This document shows positions 51,361 through 64,000 of a stretch of 64,000 nucleotides of DNA, piece after piece (positions within the stretch are counted from its first letter, which is position 1; every line of letters starts with the position of its first letter). The notes below the pieces were generated by a model. It saw only the letters and a list, made by a program, of their open reading frames with translations. It made no database searches and was not told where the DNA came from. Both the position numbers and the translations under genes were made by a program. The DNA is taken from the NCBI GenBank assembly GCA_951406725.2, contig OX597835.1, forward strand, positions 28,706,001 through 28,770,000. Direction: 5' to 3'. This DNA comes from Octopus vulgaris. Its lineage: Eukaryota.

Positions 51361-51887
51361 GATCGACCGCAGTACGCAACTAGTACTTAATTTATCGACC
51401 CCGAAAGAATAAAATGCAAAATCGACATCGGCGGAATTTGAACTCAGAATGTATAGACAAGGATGAAATACCTATTTCTTTACTACCTACGAGGGGGCTA
51501 AACACACAGCGGACAAACAAGGACAGACAAACGGATTACGTCGATTATATCGACCCAGTGCGTAACTGGTTACTTATTTAATCGACCCCGCAAGGATGAA
51601 AGGCAAAGTCGACCTCGGCGGAATTTGAACTCAGAACGTAGCGGCAGACGAAATACCTATTTCTTTATTACCCACAAGGGGCTAAACACAGAGGGGACAA
51701 ACAAGGACAGACATAGGTATTAAGTCGATTAGATCGACCCCAGTGCGTAACTGGTACTTAATTTATCGACCCCGAAAGGATGAAAGGCAAAGTCGACCTC
51801 GGCGGAATTTGAACTCACAACGTAACGCAGACGAAATACCGGTAAGCATTTCGCCCGGCGTGCTAACGTTTCTGCCAGCTCGCCGCC
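51361..51887 (-). mobile_element. SINE family B tandem array (3 units, ~185-190-bp period, one head)
   Basis: ggcggaatttgaactca at ~51430, ~51617, ~51801. Confidence 0.9.
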
Positions 51888-52393
51888 TATGCTAACGATA
51901 TATTATACTAGAAATGATACTGCCAGGTGGAAGATGTTGACGTCAATGTCCCTGTTGTTGTTGTATGATATCATGGCGTGTTGTGTTCGCTTGTCCCTCT
52001 CCTGCACCTCCTCCACATCCCCTTATCACCTGTTTCCCCTTCCAACGTGCCACTGTTCCCGTGTCGCCTCCACCCTCCGGCTAACCTGCCCCTACACCCA
52101 GCTCTCCATTCTTATACAAAAGAGCTCCTCCATAGATATTATCGCTTTAGATAGCAATCATGGCGGAAAAGAGGAAACTTTAGAGGCAACAAATAGAAGA
52201 ACGAGGAGGAAGAGGAAAAAGAGGAAAGCAGGTGTCTAGCTTCGTTCTAGCTATGGATATGACAGATACATCCATCCATACGTACATCCATCCATACATA
52301 GATGCGTACATACCTACCTACATACATGCATGAAATATATATATATATATGTATGTATATATGTATGTATATATATATATATATATATGTATG

Positions 52394-52426
<33 letters not shown>

Positions 52427-52437
52427 GTATATATATG

Positions 52438-52476
<39 letters not shown>

Positions 52477-52481
52477 GTATG

Positions 52482-52532
<51 letters not shown>

Positions 52533-52545
52533 GTATATATATATG

Positions 52546-52576
<31 letters not shown>

Positions 52577-52585
52577 ATATATGTG

Positions 52586-52634
<49 letters not shown>

Positions 52635-52642
52635 GTATATAG

Positions 52643-52737
<95 letters not shown>

Positions 52738-52878
52738 ATGAGTGAGAGAGAGAGAACGAGAGAGCGATGTATCATATAGGTAGACTTGTTATCCCTCATT
52801 TTCTCTCTCTGCCTCTGACTATCTCTCTCCCTCTCTCACCCTACCTTCTTCTCTCTCTATCTTTTTCACTCTCTCACT

Positions 52879-52917
<39 letters not shown>

Positions 52918-52944
52918 TTCATCTCTCTACCTTTCAAATTAGTT

Positions 52945-53285
<341 letters not shown>

Positions 53286-53378
53286 CTTTTGAAAAACAGT
53301 GTTTCTGTTTCAATTTTAATTCTGTTTGGTTTATGTGCCACTCGATATGTGTACGCACACACACATCCACCCACCCAC

Positions 53379-53411
<33 letters not shown>

Positions 53412-53467
53412 CACATACACGCACACACGCACAGACACGAACGCACACACACGCTCACACACGCACG

Positions 53468-53507
<40 letters not shown>

Positions 53508-53565
53508 TACACATACACGCACACACGCACACACACGAACGCACACACACGCTCACACACGCACG

Positions 53566-53607
<42 letters not shown>

Positions 53608-54048
53608 CACACACGCACACACACGAACGCACACACACGCTCACACACGCACGCACACATACACACACACACACACACACGCACACACACATACACGCAC
53701 ACACGCACACACACGAACGTACACACACGCTCACACACGCACGCACACACACGCAAGCACACAAATATACATGCACACATGTATACACACACACAAACAC
53801 ATACATACGGAACCAAGAATATATTAAAAATGATCAATAAATAAAATGCATAATAAAAAAAAAAAACAGGAATGAATTATTAATAGAAAGACAAGACGTA
53901 AAGAGCCAGGATGAACAGCTTGAATATGTATGCCTGTGTATGTGTTCTATGAGTTTCATGAGCTGAGTGCATGCCAAACTGTTTTTTTGCGCGTCTGGTA
54001 TCCTAGCACAATCATCAGACACTGCTTACTTGGCATCACGGAATAGTA

Positions 54049-54143
<95 letters not shown>

Positions 54144-54174
54144 TGTATGTATGTATGTATGTATACATTTAATC

Positions 54175-54450
54175 TTTTATCTTTTACTCGTTTCGGTCAT
54201 TTGACTGCGGCCATGCTGGGGTATCACCTTGAAGGGTTTTAGTCAAATGAATCGACGCCCAAAGTCTTATCTTTTAAGCCAAGTACTTATTCTATCGGTC
54301 CGTTTTGCCGAACAGCTAAGTTACGGGACATAAACACACCAACAGCGATTGTCAAGCGGTGAGCGACAAATATACACACACATATACGATGGGCTTCTTT
54401 CAGTTTCCCTCTAGCAAATCCGCTCACAAGGCTTTGGTCAGCCTGAGGCT
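54175..54450 (-). mobile_element. SINE family A lacking its head
   Basis: Similarity to the other copies. Confidence 0.8.
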
Positions 54451-54489
54451 GTGTACATATATATATATGTCCGTATGTATTTAGGTATG

Positions 54490-54534
<45 letters not shown>

Positions 54535-54587
54535 ATATGCACATAGATATATTTATATATGCATGCATATACATATATCTAAAATAG

Positions 54588-54800
54588 TAAGCACGTATGG
54601 CATTTAAAATTTACGGCAGCTGTTTCGGTAGAACTCTATTTAATGTCGTCGTAAAAGATTACATTGTGATATATAATCCACCATCATCAGCTAAAATTTT
54701 AAACAGGTGGATCGTATATTCTGATGTAATCTTTTACGACTACAAGAAATAAAAGTCTACCCAAACAGCTGTCGTAAATTTTAAACGTCATTTGTGTTTA
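54588..54800. repeat. Foldback containing a minus-strand hammerhead motif (54608-54697)
   Basis: Reverse complement: ttttag-CTGATGA-t-GGTGGA..TCTACC-GAA-ACAGCTGc-c-gtaaa; the other arm keeps acagctgt-c. Confidence 0.75.
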
Positions 54801-56321
54801 ATATTCTTTTAGCTACACCAAACCAAGAATCCGCTAATGAGTCGAACCGAGGGTTACAGACTGGATTTGGTACTTGCATATCTAGGTATCCTCCCAGCAC
54901 TTAAAGTCTACAATGTTGTTTTATTTCACTGAATCCCCGTTTTCGTGCCTAACCATTTTCTGGCGTCTTACTTGTTGATGCTCCTTGATTCTGAAGGAAT
55001 CCTTAAAACTAATACGTATGTCTGTCTGTGTGTGTGTGTGTGCATACACACATGTATAAATATATACATAAATACATACATACATATGTACGTACATACA
55101 TACATACATACATACATACATACATACATACACACACACACATACATTATGGCTGCAAACTCGTGTTCAGTCTGGCCATCGCCTGAGCAGAAGTTCCACA
55201 TACGCGAAGGTTACGACCAGCCATTTGTGCGATAGGTCTTACGTTTTTTTTTTCAAGCTATACCTATGCATGATGATTTTTTTATAGTGGGGAAAGGATC
55301 TGCACAAATCCGATCCCACTGTCTGAACATAGACAACATTGACTCGAAAAGAAAAACTAGTCTAAATCATGGAATATTGTCAGTATTGCAGTTTTCTCCC
55401 AGAGTTTCCCTCTCCTAGGGAGATGTTGTGACAACAATACAGGGGCCTCCCTGTGACCCAATCGCGCGCCTGGACACTAACCCAAGTATTCCCACCTTCC
55501 CACGCCTACATACCTCCTCCGAAAAAAAAGGGGTGAAAAAGGAAGAAGGGGAGCAACAATTGTTGCTCTCCGAGGGATCCCGGGGTTGCGGGAAGAAGCG
55601 AGGTTCCTGCGGTTATGGCGAAGGAGCCAACTCCTCCCGCACTAAAGATAAAAAAGCAAAAGAGAAAAAAGAATGGGACGATGCCGGAGGTATGCAGTGT
55701 ACTGCCGGCTCGTCCCGAGGCCTCTTCGGTGGGAATCGTGCCACCGATAGAAGAAGCTGTAACCTCGTCGGTTGTGCCACCGACAGAGGAAGAGACACCG
55801 TTGGCGGTAATTGTGCCGCCAACGGTAGAATTGAGTACCTCGACCACGGAGGAAGACAAATTATTGATCTTCTTCTACAGAGGTGGAGAGGTAGAAAAGG
55901 TGGTGGAAAAACACTATAAGGGAATACCTTTAACTTTCACACTGTGTGTGTGTGTGTGTAATGTGTGCGTTTGTGTATGCATATTTGCGTATAATTCTGT
56001 GTGTTTATATTTGTCTGTATATGTGCGTATAGTTCTACGAGTTTATGTCATTGTCATTTAAGATCTTTTCAGTTTGGTTCCAATGTTTAAGTTACTTCAA
56101 TAGATTTTAAAGTCTACAAATTTGGGATAATTTTAGCCTAGCGAAAGCAACAGACATGTAGGTGCCTGTTTACATACATATACTGCTTTCTGACAGCTTC
56201 CAAATCCTGTTTTCTGACTGGGTAAAAATTATCAACCTCTGTAACCTTATTTTTAAAAAAAGGATTTCCCGGAAAAATGCGAGATTCAGCTTGGAAAATT
56301 ATATAAAGCAAATTTTAAAAT

Positions 56322-56565
56322 TATTCTGTTGTGTCCGGGGAGAGTCATTCTCTTTTAGTGCCTTATTATTTAACACACTCACCGGTAAAATTTCCACTTA
56401 TTTCTTATTTTTATTTTCTAAAATTTTCGTCAAAACTATTGAAAAGGTTGCAAGACGCAACGAAAATTTTAGAAAATAAAAATAAGAAATAAGTGGAAAT
56501 CAGACCGTTGAGTGTGTTAAATAATAAGGCACTAAAAGAGAATGACTCTCCCCAGACACAACAGT
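56322..56565. repeat. Foldback with a degenerate hammerhead-like loop
   Basis: Arms 56322-56430 and 56459-56565; centre TTGAAAA-g-GTTGC aagac GCAAC-GAA-aatttt-a; related fragment at ~7590-7640. Confidence 0.8.
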
Positions 56566-56902
56566 ATATACTTCAACACACGAACTCATATAAAGAATCT
56601 TGCAAACTAAATCCAAAAACGAAATTTAAAATTATTGTTACGTTTAAAATTTTCATAGGTGCAGCCAAAGAGAAAAGCTCCGTTATTTACTTCCTGGTCA
56701 AGCAGACCCATAATGAAAAATGTATTCCAGACGTGACCACCACGTTAATTACTATATTGTTTTCGTTTTAAGACTGTAGTGTGTGAATGAAGGTAAATTT
56801 GACTGCTATTTCAAGCAGTTCAAGCTACCATGTAGAGACTTTCTCTGTCACTTGTGTAAACGTTTGTGCGTGGGAACGTGTATACATGTGTGTGTGACAT
56901 TA

Positions 56903-57117
56903 CGTATGTATGTATGTATGTATGTATGTATGTATGTATGTATGTATGTATGTATGCATGTACGCATGTATGTATGTATGCATGTATGTATGTATGTATG
57001 TATGTATGTATGTATGTATGTATGTATGTATGTATGTATGTATGTATGTATGTATGCGTGCATGTATGTATGTATGTATGTATGTATGTATGCATGCATG
57101 TATGTATGTATGTATGC

Positions 57118-57148
<31 letters not shown>

Positions 57149-57230
57149 TGTATGTATGTATGCATGCATGCATGTATGTATGTATGTATGTATGTATGTA
57201 TGTATGTATGTATGCATGTATGTATGTATG

Positions 57231-57262
<32 letters not shown>

Positions 57263-57420
57263 TGTATGTATGTATGTATGTATGCATGCATGCATGTATG
57301 TATGTATGTGTGTATGTATGCATGTATGTATGTATGCATGTATGTATGTATATATGTATGTACGTGCGTTTATGTGTGTGTATGTATGTATATATGTATG
57401 TATGTATATATGTATGTATG

Positions 57421-57454
<34 letters not shown>

Positions 57455-57540
57455 CGCGCGTTTATGTGTGTGTATGTATGTATATATGTATGTATGTATG
57501 TATGTATATATGTATGTATGTATGTATATATGTATGTATG

Positions 57541-57574
<34 letters not shown>

Positions 57575-57596
57575 TGTATGTATATATGTATGTATG

Positions 57597-57630
<34 letters not shown>

Positions 57631-57640
57631 TGCATACATA
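56903..57640. repeat. Long (TATG)n microsatellite with CATG/TATA variant units
   Basis: Direct observation; source of the MYVC/HTYI pseudo-ORFs. Confidence 0.97.
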
Positions 57641-58358
57641 TTTGTGTGTGTGTTTGTGAACATGCATGCGTATGAGTATGTGCATATATATATATGTGTG
57701 TGTGTCTATGTGTGTGTGTATGCTCGTATACATCTATATGTATATATTCATAGTGTATTCGTGTATGTTTGCGTATGTATGTATGTGTGTGCACGCGCGT
57801 GAGTGTATATATGCCTAAGTATCACAGTGTGAACACTTGGTTGTTTCCTTGTGTATATATACGATGTTACGGTTTTATTTTGCGTTTGATGGCATATTGA
57901 AAGGGAGGGAGGTCAACGAACCGTAACCCCTTTTTCCAGGGTCTCCATGACTAATGGGATGTCGGGACATGCGGTTTATTTTCAGAAACAGTGACCCGAC
58001 TCTAAAGACTTGTCACTGAGTGGACTCGTCCTCTAAAGAATCCCCCACCCCTGTCCCACCCGTGGGATGGAGAATATGGTGATGTTATTAACCTCCAACA
58101 ATGAATTAATCCTACCACCCAAGATGTGACTCGATCCCGGGTTCCCTCCGGCTGGGCTTTCATACACACATAAGATGTATGTGCGTGTGTGGGATTCCCT
58201 TCATTATATTTCACTTGTGTATTGGAGAATGCAAGGCTGTGGTATCAGATATTTTTTTCAAGGGGCGGCGACGTAGAATTGTACCTGGAAGCATGCGATT
58301 TCGAAGAGACTCTCTTTAAAACACGACCAGAATGTCTGTGTTTGAGTGTGTATGTGCT

Positions 58359-58400
<42 letters not shown>

Positions 58401-58527
58401 AGAGTGTTTGTGTGTATCTACATATGTAGATAAACATATACATACAGACATGTGTGTGTGTGTGTGTGTAGGAGTGTATGTGTTTATGTATGTCTATATA
58501 TGTATATAGACATATACACACAGACGT

Positions 58528-58585
<58 letters not shown>

Positions 58586-58684
58586 AGAGTGTCGGTAAAG
58601 TTACTATACAGTTATTTTTAACAAAGAAATGCCATGGTTAGACTAAAAAGATTTTCTGAAAATGTATGTATTACATAAGAAAAT

Positions 58685-58900
58685 ATTCTTTTCTACTCTA
58701 AGCACAAGGCTTGAAATTTTGGGAGAGGGGCACAGTCGATTATATCGACCCCAGTGCGTAACTGGTACTTATTTAATCGACCTCGAAAGGATGAAAGGCA
58801 AAGTCGACCTCGGCGGAATTTGAACTCAGAACGTAACGGCAGACGAAATACCGCTAAGCATTTCGCTCGGCATGTTAACGTCTTTGCCAGCTCACCGCCT
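58685..58900 (-). mobile_element. SINE family B
   Basis: Similarity to the other copies. Confidence 0.88.
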
Positions 58901-59505
58901 TGTTACATCAGAAATTATTGTAACACTGCATGCAATCAATTTCATCTACTACAGTTAATTAATGTTCAAATTGTAAGCCATTAGCCTCAATGCATTCTCG
59001 ACAACGGGAAAGCACATTGTGACAAACCTTGGTACACAAGTCTGGATCAAGGTTACCAAGTACATCAATAATGAACTTCATGGCTTCCTTGATTTATAAG
59101 CTGTTCATAAAATTGAGATCAGCGATAAGGATTATCCTCCAGAAGTTCGTGAATTAGGCATGGAATATAAGGTTTCATGTTGAGTTTTTTTTTATTTTGT
59201 GTTGTGATGTTCGCTTGATACCAATTTCTGAACTACCAAGGCAAATTGATTTCCTTGGTCCTTTTTACAATCCCTGTCCAATGTTTGTTCAGCCCTGTAT
59301 ATCACTGACGTGATGAGGATAACTTTGAAGATTTCGCTGCATCATGGTAGAAACGGCTGTAAGAGTTTAGAGTTTGTACACTCATCTATTATTCATTTAT
59401 TTCTATATAAATATATGTTTACGTATTTATTGGCTTATTTCATTCGTTTACTTGAATCACTTACACATGCTTGTCCTCAATAAATAGATATAATTCAATG
59501 TTTAT

Positions 59506-59548
<43 letters not shown>

Positions 59549-59753
59549 TTTATTTAAATGGATGAATGAATTATCCTTTGTTTACCGTTAACATGGAAAA
59601 TTCAATAAACAGTTACCAGGGTAGCAAAATTCACGCAAGTAACACGGACGAAGCGACCTATTCAAAGGTAGAAACTCCGGGTTAATGTGTAATAATTTGT
59701 GTAGTATAAGTAAATAAATGGAGTTGAACGAAGATGTTATTAAAATTCTTTTA

Positions 59754-59836
59754 CTTTCGACATATGTTTCGAAGACAACATTGGTTTTATTCCAAAGGAA
59801 TAAACGGTGTAAAATGCAATCATCTCATCAGGAAAG
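59754..59836 (-). ncRNA. Canonical type I hammerhead ribozyme motif
   Basis: Reverse complement: CTTTC-CTGATGA-GAtGA..loop..TCTTC-GAA-ACATATGT-C-GAAAG; the inverted partial copy at 59901-59929 has the perfect GAAGA. Confidence 0.82.
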
Positions 59837-60254
59837 AAAGATAGCCAATCTCAACAACAAGACATTATAATGTCTTGTTGTTGAGATAGGCTCTCTCTCT
59901 CTTTCCTGATGAGAAGATTGCATTTTACAAAATATGTAGTGGGCTTACAAGGAATAAATCCTGGGCTCGATTCATTCATTCGACTAAAAACCCTTTAAGG
60001 CAGTGCTCCAGCATGGCCGCAGTCAAATATCTGAAACAAGTAATTGAATACCTACCTACCTACCTACCTACCTACCTACCTACCTACATGCATGCTTTTT
60101 CCCCTTCTATTTACCTACTTACGTATCTACTTGCCTTCTTATCTACATAGCTATTTGTCGACCTTCCTCCCTACTTGTCCACATATCTGTCTGCCAGCCT
60201 AGTTACCTACTAGTCTATTTAACGATCTACCTTGCCATCTGATTAAGTACCTAC

Positions 60255-60350
<96 letters not shown>

Positions 60351-60819
60351 TCACCTACATACTTATCAGCCTACCTGCCTACCTATCTATCTATGTACCA
60401 ACTTATATACTTACTTATCTATCTACCTTCCAAGCTCTCTACCGGCAAACATACCTACCTGTCTATTCGATTTACTTTTCATGGAGCCATGACACCTGCG
60501 AACTCGCACAAATACTCACATACTCACGCATCATCCACACACACGCGCATATACACCACGTGCACACACATTCGCACGTTCCCAGAATAACCTTTGATGT
60601 GAAGCAGCTTTTGTTAAATTTTATACGCATGCAGCATTGACCGAGCGAATATGGGGAGAGTGGGCAGGTGCTTGAAATAGCCAACGCCCTCTGTCATGGG
60701 GAGTGGGGGCACCTCATCTTTTGATCTGATATAAAAATATAATGGAGGAATAGTACGTAACATCTACCTCTCGCAAACGGTGTCAAACTGGGGTCAGCGA
60801 GAGAGTCTAGTCTCAATAT

Positions 60820-61445
60820 CAGTGTTTCTCAACCGTGGTCCATATGAGCCCTGAAGGTCCATATAAGATTTTGGTGGGGGTCCACCTAACAAAATAATAA
60901 ATTAGTGGTCCACAATGGTATTTTAAGGGCCCCTGAAAATATTTTGCCTTATATGTATTGGTATGTATTGCAAGAAACATCAAGGTTGCTTTCTCTGACA
61001 TTTTACGTAGTTTAATCGAAACGTCGACCTCGGCGGAATATACATATATATACGACACAAGTTAATATCAGAAAAACAAAATAGGGATTTTGAAAGAAGT
61101 ATCTATAAAACTAGTTTTTAAACATTAAATGGCTATAGGGGCCCACCAGAATAAAATATTAATAAAGGATGATCTATAGATAAAAAAAATGGTTGAGAAA
61201 CTCTGGTTTAGATGTATGTCTTGGTATGTCTTGGTATGTCTTGGTATGTTTTGCAAGAAACAGCTAAGTTTCTTTCACAAACGTTTTGCATAGTTCGACT
61301 CACATAGATTAAGATAACAATTTTGAAGGAAGTTTTTGTAAAACTAGTTTTTAAACATCAAATGGCTTTGAAGGTCCACCAAAATAAGATAGTAATCAAA
61401 GGGGGTTTAGAGATAAAAAAACAAACAAACATTGAAAACCCCTAT
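60820..61445. mobile_element. hAT-like MITE with a duplicated right part
   Basis: TIR cagtgtttctcaacc (60820) / ggttgagaaactctg (61191-61205); second diverged right end at ~61240-61445; no clean TSD. Confidence 0.6.
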
Positions 61446-61638
61446 TCTAAATAGAAGTAGCAACCAAATCTTAAATGAGTCAAACGCGAAATGTCCTGGT
61501 GGCATTTATTGTAACGGAGATAATCACTTCACGAAATATCTTAAATAATGACGGAGCAGGAGTTTTTAGATTGAAGAGTAACGAAGAGGTTGCACAAAAT
61601 ATCCATACTTTATATTTTCATTTATTCCATTCATTACA

Positions 61639-61701
<63 letters not shown>

Positions 61702-61964
61702 AGGAAAATGCGCTGTAAAAGCGCGTCGCTGCACCCACCATTTGTTGGTAATCCCTTACTGCTCCTAGCGGATGACATCTCTGCACCATAGGTCTGTTTA
61801 GGTTGTCCCAAAAACCGATGACGCAGAAGAAACGTTGGGGGTCTGTTCACTGATATGGTCAGTCCCTACGAAGCATATTACAAAGGTCCTAAATAATATT
61901 TAGGCGTAGTCCTGATCAAAATTAATAGGGAAGCCAAACCAGAAATTATATTTGATATTAATAT

Positions 61965-62330
61965 ATTGGTTTCAAATTTTGGCAAAATGCAACATTTCCG
62001 GAGAGGGGCAGCCCCAGCGCCCAACTGGTGCTTATTTTATCGATCCCGAAAGGATAAAAGATAAAGTCAACCACGGCGTAATTTGAACTCAGAACGTGAA
62101 ACCTGTAGAAATGCGGTTAAGCATTTTGCCCTGTGTGTTAGTGATTCTGTCAGGTTACCGCCTTAATTAGTAATTTCAAATTTTGGCAGAAGGCCAGCAA
62201 TTTCTGGGAAGGGGTTTACATGGACCCCAATCGTCAACTGGCACTTATTTTATGGACATCGAAACGTCGACCTCGGCGGAATTTGAACCCAGAACGTAAA
62301 GCCGGAAGAAATGCCGCTAAGCATTTTGTT
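61965..62330 (-). mobile_element. Two diverged SINE family B copies
   Basis: atttgaac(t/c)cagaacgt modules at ~62081 and ~62281. Confidence 0.75.
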
Positions 62331-62465
62331 CTTAATTTGATATAAATTTGATATAAATTAATTAAAATTAATTAAAAATTTAGATGCAGCATTCGGTTGT
62401 TAATTTCTTTTCGTCACCGAAATTATGGCTCTGCTAATCGATAAAAATGCTTACATACTTACAAG

Positions 62466-62500
<35 letters not shown>

Positions 62501-62880
62501 CCAGACCCTGGATTTCTGGCTCTGTATAAAAGTACTTTGCTTTCGTCAATGAAATATATCAAGAATTGTAGTATCAAGTGGCATGATGTGGTTTTAGAGC
62601 CAGGTTTTGACTGCTATTTCAAGCATTGTGGTATCTCTTAGACACCCGTATTTATAATTTTAATAATAATTACAACCCATAAGGTTTTTTTTGTTCCTAT
62701 GCTACCACTTGTTGTGATCGTTATTGAAATAACAATCATATCCTTTTTTATATAGAAATTTATATATATTCACTTTCTAGTTTGATAATAGAGTTTTTTT
62801 ATAAGAAAATTTATTGTATTATTTATTTCTTAAAAAATATTGTTTAAATATTTTTGATTAATTATTAAAATATTACAATT

Positions 62881-62973
62881 AACCCGAAGATTGACTGTAA
62901 CCTTAACTCGAATTATTAATTGAATTTAAATTGTTATTCGAATTGGTTACGGGCATGAAACGATCGTAGTGTT
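62881..62973 (+). ncRNA. Type I hammerhead motif, CCGAAGA variant
   Basis: aac-CCGAAGA-tTGaCTGTAACC..GGTTACGGgCAt-GAA-ACGATCGT-A-gtgtt. Confidence 0.65.
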
Positions 62974-63639
62974 TTTCCTCTTTATCTTATATTAAACTTT
63001 TAATAGTTTTTGATAGTTTAAAAAAAAAAAAATAAATATAAAAATATAAAAATATATAAAAATTTTAAAAAATAACAAAAATAAAAAATATAAATAAAAA
63101 AATAAATAATTAAATAAAATAATAATAAATACATATATATATATTTATAATTTATAAGTTTAGATTATTAATTTAAATAATTTTTTAAAAATTTTAACTT
63201 TAATTTAAATATTTTAATTGGAATTTTATATTTTATATTTTATATTTTTTATATATTTTTTAATTAATTTTATTTCTATGTATTGGCTAATGATTTTCAC
63301 TGTTTGATTTGTCTAATAGTGGTTTTATCTCTAATGTAATATAATATATATATATATATATATATAAATTAAATTAGAGATAAAACCACTATTAGGCAAA
63401 TCAAACAGTGAAAAACATAAACCAAAATATAGAAATATAAATAATTAATATAATATACAAAATATATAAAATATAAAATTTAAAATTTAAATTATTTAAA
63501 TTTAAAGTTAAAAATGTAAAATTTCACTGTTTGATTTGCCTAATAGTGGTTTTATCTCTAATTTAATTTATATTTATACTGTAAAATTAGATTTAATCCT
63601 AAATCTAATTTTCCCCTGTAAGTTTGGGTTTACTCCTAA

Positions 63640-63745
<106 letters not shown>

Positions 63746-63760
63746 AATATTTATATATAT

Positions 63761-63900
63761 TTGAAGAAATGAGGTCCTCAGAAATCCGGATGGTTTTATA
63801 TTTACCCATATTTATTAGTATGTTACATGTTTTTATACATCATATATCATATTTCAGATATTATAGCGCTTTCGTCCATTCTAGTGGAGTCTTCAAATTG
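63761..63900. ncRNA. Two degenerate hammerhead-like motifs on opposite strands
   Basis: Plus 63761-63795: TTGAAGA-aa-TGAG gtc CTCA-GAA-ATCCGGAT-G. Minus 63859-63900: TTGAAGA-cTCCA ctagaa TGGAc-GAA-AGCGCT-A. Confidence 0.5.
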
Positions 63901-64000
63901 AACTAAGTTTTTGCAGGAATTTTTACTCTTTTTATAGTATTATTGAGTGTGCAGTGGTGGGGAGAGATAAGATAGTACAAGAAGGGGATGAATGGGGAGA

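Noticed and set aside
58584-59400. Possible Tc1-like remnant starting TA|cagagtgtc
   Set aside because: No partner TIR or convincing transposase motif identified.

Overview
Repeat-saturated, AT-rich eukaryotic non-coding DNA with no recognisable host protein-coding exon. Almost all ORF-track entries are microsatellite translations. The SINE repertoire and microsatellite density suggest a coleoid cephalopod, probably Octopus (inference from recalled repeat families, not a search). Recognisable elements are: a 5'-truncated but still open CR1-group LINE ORF2 (13.4-16.0 kb); a Tx1/L1-clade LINE fragment inside a (CCTA)n array (47.5-49.4 kb); a head-to-tail Helitron cluster with a decayed PIF1-type helicase (34.1-38.1 kb); mariner and Tc1/maT remnants; two copies of an 8-bp-TSD MITE carrying telomeric repeats; a 5S rRNA pseudogene; and dozens of tRNA-derived SINEs built from swappable heads and tails. 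The most striking unannotated signal is about 20 minimal type I hammerhead ribozyme motifs (CUGANGA...GAAA-palindrome-UH) from roughly a dozen unrelated short repeat families. They mostly lie next to (TA)n tracts and are often arranged as foldback palindromes or tandem units, as expected for Penelope-like element termini or retrozymes. Element boundaries were read by eye and are approximate to a few bases unless a TSD or terminus is quoted.
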